This document shows positions 46,760 through 58,321 of a stretch of 64,000 bases of DNA, piece by piece. The position numbers were made by a program, and so were the translations under genes. The notes under the pieces were generated by a model. The model saw only the letters and a list, made by a program, of their open reading frames with translations, did not search any database and was not told where the DNA came from. Source of the DNA: Eledone cirrhosa. Taxonomy: Eukaryota. The stretch is from NCBI GenBank assembly GCA_964016885.1, contig OZ024745.1, positions 75,082,001-75,146,000 of the forward strand. Reading direction: 5' to 3'. Position 1 is the first letter of the stretch. Every line of letters starts with the position of its first letter.

Positions 46760-49300
46760 GTAAGTGATCTAATATTGCATGTTCTTTAACTGCTTACTCC
46801 TTCTTTCCCTCTCCATATTTTAGTCACCCCCTTCACTCATAACTAACCATGAGTTTGTTCCTGGAAAGATCCTCTCTGCGGTACAAGCCTGGGTAGGGTG
46901 TTATTGTGGAAGACCAGCGGTTGTCCATACATGCCAGTCTCCTTTCTTCATGACACTCATGGGAAGGGCAAAGACTGATATAACCTAGCACTAGTGTTGT
47001 CGCAACAAATATTTTCCAGTCGAGTTTACTGTAGTAATGTAAAATAGTTTTGTTCAAGGACACAATGTACCACCCATAACTGTATTGTTCCTATCATTTT
47101 TGGGGGTGCAGACTTTTAAATTTTTTCCAAACAAAAATGACTAAATTTTCTGACAACAATTTTTGGGTGTGTGCATCTGCATTCCCACACACCCCCAGCA
47201 ATATACCACAGGTGCCATCTGTCTGGGAATCGAGCACATGATCATATGATTGTGATCCCAGGCTCCCTAACCAGTAAGTCACACAGCTCTCTCTCTCAAT
47301 GATTTACACATTTCTTTATATCAGTTATGCCTACTTTCAAAATTTAATTTTCTCCTTATGTTACTAATTACTTAGAGCAATGGATTGACAGAATCATTAG
47401 ACTGTTGGACAAAATGTTTCAAGCTATTTAGTTGCAACTCATTATGTTCTGAGGTCAACTTTGCCTTTCATCCTCCTGAAGTTGATAAAATAAAGGATCA
47501 GTTAATTGCTGGCTCTGAGCCTAAATTAGAAACCATTACGTTACTAATTGCTACATGTGACTGCTGGTTAAGCACACCTAAATAAGTCTTCATTAGATTT
47601 GTTATTGTAGAATTTATAGTAGAGTTCTTTTTCTATTTCATATGAACATTGTTAAAAAACATCTGTGGAGACACAATTTACATATGTAAACATCATACTT
47701 GTTATGACTATTTTCTGTGTTTTATAACTGGTATGCCATATCTCTGCTTGTTTAAAGAAGTGACTAAGAGGGTTGATACCAGGGAGGGTATCCAGCCATA
47801 AAATATTGCATCAAAAATACCACATGGTCAGTATGAAGTCTATCATGAGGTCTGCAAGGCTAATGTCTTTTTTAGCAGGGAAAATAGCCTTAAAATGCTT
47901 GTTCTTGTTGTATACACTTGTTATGATTGATGGAATATTTAGCAAAATTCAGCTTTGGATAACACTTGTTCAATTTTATTAACACAAGACTCTATCTTTT
48001 ACCTCACAGCCTCATTCACGACCCATTTGTAGTTCCCACCTCAACTCCACTGCAGTCAACCTACTGTTTCAAGTTTCAGACCTCATACTATTCTCTTGAC
48101 CCAATCCGTCTTCATTTTGGAACTATTTCTCCTGATCACTCTTTCTTTCCTATCTCCAATTTTCATTTTCATAAATTTAAATTTACATCAATTGAACTTA
48201 TTTCATCTAATTATCTCCCCTTTACTCACATCAAACAACCCTCCACCTCCAAAGCTATGGGCACTCTCTAACCTCTTTAGACTAATGATTTATAATAAAA
48301 TTGCATTCACATAAGCATGCTTCTTTGTATATATTCATTTTTAACATATACACCATCATTTTTTTTTTCAGTAAAGTGTTTTACCATGCATATCCTGTTT
48401 TACTATTAACTTTACTCACAAATTCTTTTATAGCATTTATGAATCAATATACAATATGTTTATGCACAGTAAACATATTTAGTCTCACTCTGAATATTTT
48501 AAGCTGTAATCATGTCACAGCTTAAAACACTCACAGCATAAAAATATATTTATTACATTGAACATATTGTATATAGGTTCATACATAACCTTTTTTCTAT
48601 GTTAATGCTATCACTAACTAAATACATTGGTTATTTCTTCATCTCTTGAAGAGCAATCCTTTAGATCTCCTGTGCTTCTAATATCTTCTCATCTATCACT
48701 AACTTACAACATACACTATTTTGGCTTTATTAATTCTAACCACATTATTTTGTTGATCTCATCTTAGCCCTCCTCTCCAGGAGGGACTGTCTATCAACTC
48801 TGTTTTGAGGAACATTGATAAAACAAATGGAACACTCATCATTGAATTGACACCAACACCACCACCACTGCTACCGTCACCACCACCACCGCCTCGTCGC
48901 CACTGCCGCTACCACCAGCACCATAAAAAAAAAACAACAAAATTTAACCCCTTCCCCCCAGCTTGATAACGAGCTGAAATGAGGAGGGCCCTCCATTTGG
49001 TCTATAGCTTATATCTATACCTATTCTGTAACCTAATCTGTATTGAATACTACCCTGATATGCAGTCATCCTGGTCTTCAAACCATGAACACTTCTTGAG
49101 GTGAATATTACACCATCTTCACTTTGGATGTGAATATTACACCGGTATAACATTTGATATAAAATACATATTTCCTATTGTTTTTGATGTGTTTTGAATG
49201 AATATAGCCTTCAAAATGGTTGGAAATTGGTAAAAAAATCATTATGTAATGGAGATGTGAAAAAAAAACTATAATTTAAGCCACACTTAAAACATTTTAA

Positions 49301-49512
49301 CCCTTTAGAATTTACAATACTCTATATATACTATTGTATTTTCATGGTAAAGGCTTTATCTCACATGATATCTCATATAATATTGAATTTATGAGATTTT
49401 TTATTTTGAGAGCAATACCTTAACATCTGTATGAGCTGCCAGTTAAAGCCAGTTTGAACAGAGAGAGGTGAGAGAATTCTGGCCGGATAAGGCCAGTTTA
49501 AATGCTAAAGGG
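49301..49512. mobile_element. TTAA-flanked MITE (family B)
   Basis: TTAA-CCCTTTAG...CTAAAGGG-TTAA. Confidence 0.85.
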
Positions 49513-50043
49513 TTAAATATCAAAATATTAAAACTTCATAAATATTTTCTCCACTCATGAGAATTTCAAAACCATACCATCTAAACACAATGTGTTGCCT
49601 TCGCTTATAAACGGGAGTTTGGAATATTGCCTATTTCTCTCACATCAGCTTGCATGCATGGCATGGTCCCGTAACTCCTGAGGGAGTCGTAGAGCGTTGT
49701 ATTGACATACAGCATTTTTAGGGTATTTTTTTAAAACCTGGGGAGCCCATCTCTCTCCAGGTCTGAATACAACCGATCTCTTCCAGAGAAGTAAAGAGAG
49801 AGTGAGAGAATGGAAGTGAGAAAGAGATAAAGAGAGAGAATTGACCCCATTACTAGACTGGTAGTTTTTTTTATAGACTTGGAATGGATGAAAGGTAAAG
49901 TTGAGCACAGCGAGATTTGAACTGAGAGAGTAGAGAGCCAAAACGAATACCACAGAGCATTCTATCTGACGGTCAAATGACCCTTCTCTACCAGATTGTT
50001 TATATTAGAGTATATAAAGTAAATATGTCAATTACTTTGTTGT

Positions 50044-50109
<66 letters not shown>

Positions 50110-50346
50110 TATGTTTGTTTGTATGTATGCATATATATGCTTGTTTGTATGTATGCATATATATGTTTGTTTGTATATATGTAATATGTATGTATGTATG
50201 TGTATATATGTATGTGTGTGTATGTGTGTGTATATATATATATAAAATGTCAGGTTGCTCTCGAGTCCGATTGGTAACATGTAGCCCAGTACAACCTGTC
50301 TCATGGTCGAGATGTTGGCGACTAAACCGGAAACCCCGGTTATATG

Positions 50347-50406
<60 letters not shown>

Positions 50407-50438
<32 letters not shown>

Positions 50439-51135
50439 GTTTAACGTCCATATTCCACGCTTGCATGGGTTTGGACGGGAGTTTTCCCACTTGGTTGTCT
50501 TGCTCATATAGGACTGTCTGGCGGGTTTTCTACGGCTGGATGCCCTTCCTAACACCAACCACATTTAGTGTGGACTGGGAGGTTTTTACCGTGTTACCTA
50601 CACGGCCACATTACAGCGTGGACTGTGTTTTTTTGTCGTGACACCTACACGACCTCATTTGTTTCGGACTGGATGTTGTGGTACCAACATAACTTTACAT
50701 TGAAAAGGGTGGTGTGGATGGGGTGGGGGTAGTGGGACGGGGGTCTATTTTTTTAGAGGGGCCTACTGACTGTAGGTTTTGCTTTGTACTTAGCCAAGGC
50801 GGGTCTTCTGTATTACTGTGTAGCGCCAAAGATCTCGGTCCAGTGACATTGTCTTGGAGAGGTGTAAGTGTGTGAGATCGGAATTTATCAAGTCGTCCCA
50901 GGTTTTTCTGGGTCTGCCTACTCCGTGGCTACCGTCTATTTTTATCGCCCTGCACTTTTTTATACAGCTGTCGTCTTTCATGCGCATCACGTGACCATAC
51001 CAACGTAGTCTTCTCTCGACTAAACAACATCTGATCCCTCTTATTCCTAATTTCTCCCTTAGTTCGTTTATGCTTTGCCGTTCATGTATATTACACATCC
51101 AGCGGAGCATGCAAGCTCCATTCCTCTCCAGTCTG
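50407..51135 (-). mobile_element. 5'-truncated RTE in a (TA)n tract
   Basis: ORF end 50790-51110, 3' UTR and (CAT)n tail abutting (TA)n. Confidence 0.92.
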
Positions 51136-51338
51136 CATATATGTATATATATATATTTATATATATATATAGGACTGTCTGGCGGGGTTTCTATGGCTGG
51201 ATGCCCTTCCTAACACCAACCACGTTTACAGTGTGGAACTGGGAGGTTTTTACCGTGTTACCTACACGGCCACATCTGCAGTCTGCATATATGTATATAT
51301 ATATGCATATATGTATATATATATTTATATATATATAT

Positions 51339-51675
51339 GGAGGCACATGGCTTAGTGGTTAAAGCATTGGCCTTGCAATCGAAAGGTTGTGAGTTCAATT
51401 CTCAGACCGGGTGATGTGTTGTTTCCTTGAGCAAGACACTTTATTTCACATTGCTCCAGTTTACTCAGCTGTAGAAATGAGATGATAGGGACCCCAGTCC
51501 CTATCATTCCACTGCAAAGTGGTCGTGGAGGTGCCACGAAAAAAAAGCACCCAGCACTCACTGTAAATGAGGTTGGTGTTAGGAAGGGCATCCAGCTGTA
51601 GAAATCAAGCCAGAATCAGTTCCCGTCCCACCCTTGCAAGCAGGGAAAAAGCGGACGTAAAATGAAATGAAATGA
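51339..51675 (+). mobile_element. SINE family 1
   Basis: A/B boxes, CORE-like body, RTE-B tail. Confidence 0.93.
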
Positions 51676-51682
51676 TATATAT

Positions 51683-51684
<2 letters not shown>

Positions 51685-51724
<40 letters not shown>

Positions 51725-52014
51725 TTTACGGGAACTGATTCTGGCTTGATTTCTACAGCTGGATGCCCTTCCTAACACCAACTTCATTTACAGTGAGTGC
51801 TGGGTGCTTTTTTTTCGTGGCACCTCCACGACCACTTTGCAGTGGAATGATAGGGACTGGGGTCCCTATCATCTCATTTCTACAGCTGAGTAAACTGGAG
51901 CAATGTGAAATAAAGTGTCTTGCTCAAGGAAACAACACATCACCCGGTCTGAGAATTGAACTCACAACCTTTCGATTGCAAGGCCAATGCTCTAACCACT
52001 AAGCTATGTGCCTC

Positions 52015-52015
<1 letters not shown>
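51685..52015 (-). mobile_element. SINE family 1 lacking the 3' stem-loop; tail-to-tail with the previous copy
   Basis: Near-identical reverse complement of 51339-51625; (CAT)n tail at 51685-51724. Confidence 0.92.
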
Positions 52016-52088
<73 letters not shown>

Positions 52089-52446
52089 TCATCATCATCA
52101 TCATCATCATCAACGTTTAACGTCCGTGTTCCACGCTTGCATGGGTTTGGACGGGGGTAGTCCCACTTGAGGCAAGAGTGATTGTCTTGCTCGCATAGGA
52201 CTGTCTGGCAGGTTTTCTACAGTTGGATGCCCTTCCTAACACCAACCACATTTACAGTGTGGGTCTGGGAGGTTTTTACCATGTTGCCTACACGGCCACA
52301 TTACAGCGTGGACTGTGTGTTTTTTTGTCGTGACACCTACACGATCTCATTTGTTTCGGCCTGGATGGCGCGGCACCAACATAACTTTACATAGAACGGG
52401 GTGGTGTGGATGGGGTGGGGGTGGTGGCGGGACGGGGTGTATTTTG

Positions 52447-55400
52447 TTAGAGATGCCTACTGGCAAGGCGGGTCTTCTCTGTTACTGAGTACCGCCAAAG
52501 GTCTCGGTCCAGTGACATTGTCTTGGAGAGGTGTAAGTGTGTGAGGTCGGAGTTTATCAGCTCATCCCATGTTTTTCTAGGTCTGCCTATTCCGTGGCTA
52601 CCGTCTATCTTTATTGCCCTGCACTTTGTTATACAGCTATCGACTTTCATGCGCATCACGTGTCCATACCAACGCAGCCTTCTCTCGAGTAAACAACATC
52701 TGATCCCTCTTATCTCTAATTTTTTCCTTAGTTCGTTTATGCTTTGCCGTTCACGTATATTACTGTTACACATCCAGCGGAGCATGCAAGCTTCGTTCCT
52801 CTCTAGTCTGCGTATATCCTCTGCACACAATGCCCAGGTCTCACTACCATGCAACATTGCTGTTCGTATGCAGGCATCGTACAACCTGCCTTTCATTTTT
52901 AGGGAGAACCCTTTAGCAGCTAATAGTGGTATAAGCTCTCTGAACTTTTTCCAACCAGTTCTGACTCTAGCTACAGTACTTTCAGAGCACCCTCCCCCAC
53001 TGCTGATTTTATCGCCCAGGTAACGGAAGCTGTCCACTATTTCTATAGAACCCTCTGCGCAATTGAAAGAGCTAGTATTTTGTGGGCACTTGCTGCTACT
53101 TATTGCACCAGAACACCGGCCACATGTAAAATCTATGTTCTTAGTTAGCTTACCTGTGATCCCACTACATCTTTTATGCACCCATACTTTGCATTTAGGA
53201 CATAAAATGGAGTTTCTACCTACGCCTTTCCTACACACCGAGCACGACCATTTCCCAGAAGGGACCGCCGCCTTGTTTTCTTTCCCACAAACTAGAACTT
53301 TGGTCTTAGCCAGGTTAATTTTAAGTCCTTTTGACTCTAGGCCGTGCTTCCATGTTTGGAATTTCTTCTCTAGCTCGGCCATTGATTCCGCTATGAGTGT
53401 CAGGTCGTCTGCGTATAGGAGTTCCCATGGGCAGCCTGTCTTGAACTCCTCTGTTATAGCCTGAAGGGCAATAATAAATAGTAGGGGGCTGAGAAAGCCC
53501 TGATGGACGCCAACTTTTACGCTAAACTCTTCACTATATTCGTTGTTAATTCTAACCTTGCTGACTGTTTCTTTATACATGGCTTGTATAGCCCTCACAA
53601 GCCATTCGTCAACGCCTAGTTTTCTAAGAGCCCACCAGATAATGGAGCGGGGGACTCTGTCGAAGGCTTTCTCCAGGTCGACAAAAGCTAAGTAGAGGGG
53701 TCTACCTTTAGCTAGGTACTTCTCCTGTAGTTGTCGTACTATGAAAAGGGTGTCTGTGGTGCTTTTGCCTGACACAAACCCGAACTGCATTTCATCTAGG
53801 TCAATTCTCTCTCTGATTAGTTGTGCTATTACTTTTTCCGTGACCTTCATGACCTGGTCGATTAATTTAATGCCTCTATAGTTACTCCTATCTAGGGCGT
53901 CTCCTTTACCCTTATAACAGTTAACGATGATGCTGCTATGCCAGTCCTTCGGAATAACCCCATTCTGTACGACTTGGTTAACTATGCGGGTGACCATGGT
54001 GTGTCCCACCGTGCCAGATGCCTTCAGCATCTCAGCAACTATTTCCGAAGGCCCAGCCGCCTTACCCGTCTTCATATCCTTGATTGCCTTACTTATTATA
54101 CTCCCCTCGACTAACACTGCTGGTCCCTCTATCGGGTCGATATGGGGGAGACTGTCTTTCTCCCATTTATTCTCCTCATTTAGTAGCCTTTCATAGTGAC
54201 ACTTCCAAGCTACCTTCTTATCAGTGTCGGTGATGGCAAGTATGCCATCGTCGTTAAGTACACACTTCTCCCCGACAATATCACGGTTTTCCTTGACGCA
54301 TTGCCTGGTAATCCTGAACACCTCACGTTTTTGGTCATCGCGTTGTAGAACATGCTTGAACTTTCTTTCCTCAGCTTCCCTTCTTGCTAAGTACACTTCT
54401 CTCCTAGCTTCCCTCCTGGCCACTTGATAGTCTACTCTACTTCCCCCATCCCGCCATACTTTCCAAGCCTGCTTTTTGGCCTTAATTGACCCCTCCACCC
54501 TACTGTTCCACCACCAAGTTACTCTCCTCCTGCCTACAGGCCTGCTCCAGCCACAGACTTCGTCTGTCGCCAACAGCAGGTTTGCTTTCAGAAATTCCCA
54601 CTGTCCCTCTATATTGTCCGATTCTAGATGCTCTTCCTTACTGTCGAAAGCATCAAGTAATATGCTTTGAAATTTATTTCTGGCTGTGGGGTCCTTTAGT
54701 TTCCATATTTTCCTCCTGAGGATAGTCCTCTTCTGCTGTTGAGTACGTCTCGTCCTGACTATGAGGTCGCTAATTATCAGTCTATGTTGGGAGGTGCATT
54801 CTTCATGGGGGAGGGATTTAGTGTTTACAACAGACACTCTGTCACGTCTTCTGGTAAGGATATAATCTACCTGGCTTGTGTGTTCCCCTGATCTATAGGT
54901 GATCAGGTGATTGTCACGTTTTTTGAAGTTAGTGTTACAGATAGTTAGGTTATTTGCATCACAGAATTCCAGGATTCTGGAGCCTTCCTCATTTCTAGTA
55001 CCAAACCCATAGCCTCCATGGATTTCGTCGTAGCCATCACAATGTTGTCCAACGTGACCATTTAGGTCGCCTGCAATAATTATATAGTCACTGTCAGATA
55101 TTTGGGAGGTAGTTAGCAACAGTGTCTCATAGAATCTGTCTTTTATAGTGCCGGGCAGTCCGGATTGGGGTGCGTACGCAGATATTACTGTCACCGTAGT
55201 TTTATTGAGGACAAGTCTTATTTTAATTATTCTGTCGTTCACTCTATTTACGTCTATTATCTTATCTGCCCACTTTTCTGCTACCATGATTCCTACTCCA
55301 CCCAGCCCATCGTCGTTTCCCACCCAGAAAAGCTTATAACATCGTTTTTTACCCTCAATGAATCTAGCAGACCCACCCCTCCACCTGGTCTCTTGAATAC

Positions 55401-55626
55401 AACAAACATCGACCTCCTTACGTTCAAGCATTTCTACAACCTCGTTAGCGCGACCCTTTAGGGTGCCCACATTTATGGTACCAACTCTGAAGTTTTGGGT
55501 TGCGTTTGGAGGGTGGGGGTGGTGGGGGGCGGGGGGAGATAGGGTTATGTTAGCCATCCGCGGACGAAACAAAGAGGAGTGCTCGCATTCTCGTCCACGA
55601 GGTGAATTTGACTTTAACTTTGGCAT
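52447..55626 (-). CDS. RTE APE-RT-PHD polyprotein (1059 aa from MPKLKS)
   Basis: Uninterrupted frame with APE and RT motifs (YADD). One-codon deletion in the QG..LSP motif (QGFLSP vs QGSVLSP). Confidence 0.92.
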   Translation of the reverse strand: MPKLKSNSPRGRECEHSSLFRPRMANITLSPPAPHHPHPPNATQNFRVGTINVGTLKGRANEVVEMLERKEVDVCCIQETRWRGGSARFIEGKKRCYKLFWVGNDDGLGGVGIMVAEKWADKIIDVNRVNDRIIKIRLVLNKTTVTVISAYAPQSGLPGTIKDRFYETLLLTTSQISDSDYIIIAGDLNGHVGQHCDGYDEIHGGYGFGTRNEEGSRILEFCDANNLTICNTNFKKRDNHLITYRSGEHTSQVDYILTRRRDRVSVVNTKSLPHEECTSQHRLIISDLIVRTRRTQQQKRTILRRKIWKLKDPTARNKFQSILLDAFDSKEEHLESDNIEGQWEFLKANLLLATDEVCGWSRPVGRRRVTWWWNSRVEGSIKAKKQAWKVWRDGGSRVDYQVARREARREVYLARREAEERKFKHVLQRDDQKREVFRITRQCVKENRDIVGEKCVLNDDGILAITDTDKKVAWKCHYERLLNEENKWEKDSLPHIDPIEGPAVLVEGSIISKAIKDMKTGKAAGPSEIVAEMLKASGTVGHTMVTRIVNQVVQNGVIPKDWHSSIIVNCYKGKGDALDRSNYRGIKLIDQVMKVTEKVIAQLIRERIDLDEMQFGFVSGKSTTDTLFIVRQLQEKYLAKGRPLYLAFVDLEKAFDRVPRSIIWWALRKLGVDEWLVRAIQAMYKETVSKVRINNEYSEEFSVKVGVHQGFLSPLLFIIALQAITEEFKTGCPWELLYADDLTLIAESMAELEKKFQTWKHGLESKGLKINLAKTKVLVCGKENKAAVPSGKWSCSVCRKGVGRNSILCPKCKVWVHKRCSGITGKLTKNIDFTCGRCSGAISSSKCPQNTSSFNCAEGSIEIVDSFRYLGDKISSGGGCSESTVARVRTGWKKFRELIPLLAAKGFSLKMKGRLYDACIRTAMLHGSETWALCAEDIRRLERNEACMLRWMCNSNIRERQSINELRKKLEIRGIRCCLLERRLRWYGHVMRMKVDSCITKCRAIKIDGSHGIGRPRKTWDELINSDLTHLHLSKTMSLDRDLWRYSVTEKTRLASRHL

Positions 55627-55936
55627 TTTCGCTCTGAGCGTCCAGATTTTTCTCTCCCTTCCACTCTCCAGGATTCCGCAGTCCGTCCATCCATCCATCC
55701 ATCCATCATATATCGAAGGCAACCGGGCAAGCGATAGTATAGGCCTCTGGCTTATGATTGGTCCGCGTAATAATAATAATAATGGTGATGCGTGGGGGTG
55801 GGGGGGCTCTGGCTTATAATAATAATGGTGATGCGTGGGGGTGGGGGGTTGGGGGGGGGGGGGCTCTGGCTTATGATTGGTCCACGTATTAAGTATGGTG
55901 GTGTGTGGGGGCGGGTGGGAGGGGTGTGGGGTAGCT

Positions 55937-56224
55937 AGCTGGAAGGTTATGAATGTTTAACAAGCGATTTAACAAAAAGCAAAACTGCAAGATTTGTTCT
56001 GTTCAATACGACAAAAACACCGTATTTAAACCTTAAATAGATAACAAAAAATACAGATTTCGGATTTTGCGAGATTGGATGTTTGGACTATGTACGAAAA
56101 TTGAGCGTGGAATAGATGGAGGAAAAATTTGTACTTTACGATTTACATGAGTACACCGTAGTAGGAAATAATTGAAGCAGCGGTGGATTGGCGAAAGTGA
56201 ATAAACATGAAGGAGAACTTATCT

Positions 56225-56259
<35 letters not shown>

Positions 56260-56679
56260 AGCTAAGAGAGAGAGAGAGGGGAAGAAAGAGAGGGGGGAAG
56301 GGGGAGAGAGATTGTGGCTGACCGCAGCCCCTCGTGGAGGGTGAAGGGGTAGAGCGGTTTTTTTGACTTTCAAGTAGCATAATATATATATATTTAAAGT
56401 AATTTATAAGAAGTAGAATGGGAAGGATTTTGTTTTTTGTTTGAGAATACGATAGAATTAAGGAATTGGACGATACGATAGAATTAAGAATGGGAAGGAT
56501 TTTGTTTTTTTTGTTTGGGGATACGATAGAATTAAGGAATTGGAGAATACGATAGAATTAATTGAATTGATGAGCTGGAAGGTTATGAATGTTTAACAAG
56601 CGATTTAACAAAAAGCAAAACTGCAAGATTTGTTCTGTTCAATACGACAAAAACACCGTATTTAAACCTTAAATAGATA
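55937..56679. repeat. 107-bp perfect direct repeat (55937-56043, 56573-56679)
   Basis: agctggaaggttatgaatg...ccttaaatagata occurs twice, 636 bp apart. Confidence 0.92.
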
Positions 56680-56817
56680 TATATATATATATATGCAAAG
56701 TTTTATTTAAATTGTTGGGTTACAACGAGTAAATATTTATAACTGATATAAAAGCACTCAACAAGTACTTGGAGTATATTTACGATATTAAATAAATGGA
56801 AACTATATTTATAAAAC

Positions 56818-56895
56818 CATATTTATTTCATTATATATATTTCAGGGATATCATATTAAAAATATGGTATGCCTTCATCAGACAAAATACAATAT
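56818..56895 (-). ncRNA. Type I hammerhead ribozyme in the 3' pLTR (sense to the ORF)
   Basis: Reverse complement of 60781-60858; CTGATGA at 56881-56875. Confidence 0.82.
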
Positions 56896-58321
56896 AAACA
56901 GTCTTATAAATAGATAGATTTGACATACCTTACAACTTCAACTTCCATTTAAAAAGTTGATTTGGTAGTGAAAAATGTTAGGGACAGTTATAAAAAGAAA
57001 GAAAGAAAGAAAGCGAAGAAAAAGAAGAAATGCATGCAACGAAAAACAGAGAGAGATAGATATAGAGAGATAGATAGAGAGAAGAAATTCATGTAAAGAA
57101 AAAACAGAGAGAGATAGATAGAGAGAGAAAAAAGACAGAGGGAGATAGATAGAGCGAGAGAGAGAAGAGAGAGAGAGAAAAAATAGAGAGATATAGATAG
57201 AGATAGAGAGAAAGAAAATAGGTAGTTGGGCACCAGTTGAATGACGTATCAATGATATATTTATTTATTTATTTATTTATTTAGTTCTAGTATTAAGGTA
57301 GAGAGAGATATATGTGGTTAGGAGAGAAAACAGCCGTTACATAGAGAGAAAAGAAAAATATCCAGAGATAAACGAGGCAGATTTAAAACATTATGTTTCA
57401 TCAATCTAAAAGTATCAATTCGTATGAATTAGGTATTATAATGTAAATATCAGTATTCATGAATGAGACACGTATCAATAATGTGTGAAAAATAATGATC
57501 ATATGTCTAGTTTAAAATTCCTAGGTTTATAATCAGAGCTGAGATAAAAAACTGAGATAAAAAAACTGAGATAAAAAAACTGAAATAAAAAACTTCAAAA
57601 AAAATTGAAATACATAAGTATATATGCACTTTCATGAAAAAAGAAAAAGAAAATAGAAGGTTATCCCAGATTCGATACTATAGACATCCATGTGAATTTA
57701 CGTGATCAACTCTGCAAATTCCTATTTCACATGAAAACATTCTCATAAAAATTCTAGTATACATATATGTGTACATACACACAAATATATATAGAATCTA
57801 CATTAATTTTAACAATACTATTCTTGTCTTTACTCTACATGATTATTGTTCAAGCATAAATAGACAACAGATATCAATATATCAATAAAAATATTTAAAA
57901 AAAAAAAAAATATTAAAAATAAAAATAAAACACAGTATGCCCCGCAAATCAACCACAGAAATCAACCCTTCAAAATTAATTGACAATATATTGCCAAGTT
58001 CATTATAAGCATCAGAATCAAAAGCAAACAAAACCAAAATTATTTACTGTCTAGCAGAAATCATTCCAAAAGTTTAGGATACCCATTTGATCTACAGATG
58101 GTCTTATATTTATTATAGAAGTTTATCTAGTGTAAAATTTATTCAATATATTTGGAGCATCAGCTTTTAGGGTAGTTTAATTATTCATGAAGAATGTTTA
58201 AAAAAAAAAAAAAAAAAAAAGAAAAGAAATCGAAAGATTTATCGGCGAGTTTCATAAATAATTACAAATCATAAGTAAATATACTACATTTTAAATTTAT
58301 ATTTATATTTAAAAGTTGAGT

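Larger units (their letters stand above)
52087..56679 (-). mobile_element. Apparently full-length RTE LINE (subfamily A) with ~1-kb repeat-rich 5' region
   Basis: (CAT)n tail abuts (TA)n at 52086 and the ORF is intact. The next (TA)n upstream of the 107-bp repeat starts at ~56678, so the 5' boundary is inferred. Confidence 0.8.

Noticed and set aside
55937-56679. LTR pair or TRIM element
   Set aside because: The repeats lack TG..CA ends, a PBS and a TSD; better explained as part of the LINE 5' region.
56938-57252. Hydrophobic ORFs here and at 60514-60738
   Set aside because: Translations of the CT/GA microsatellite inside the pLTR.
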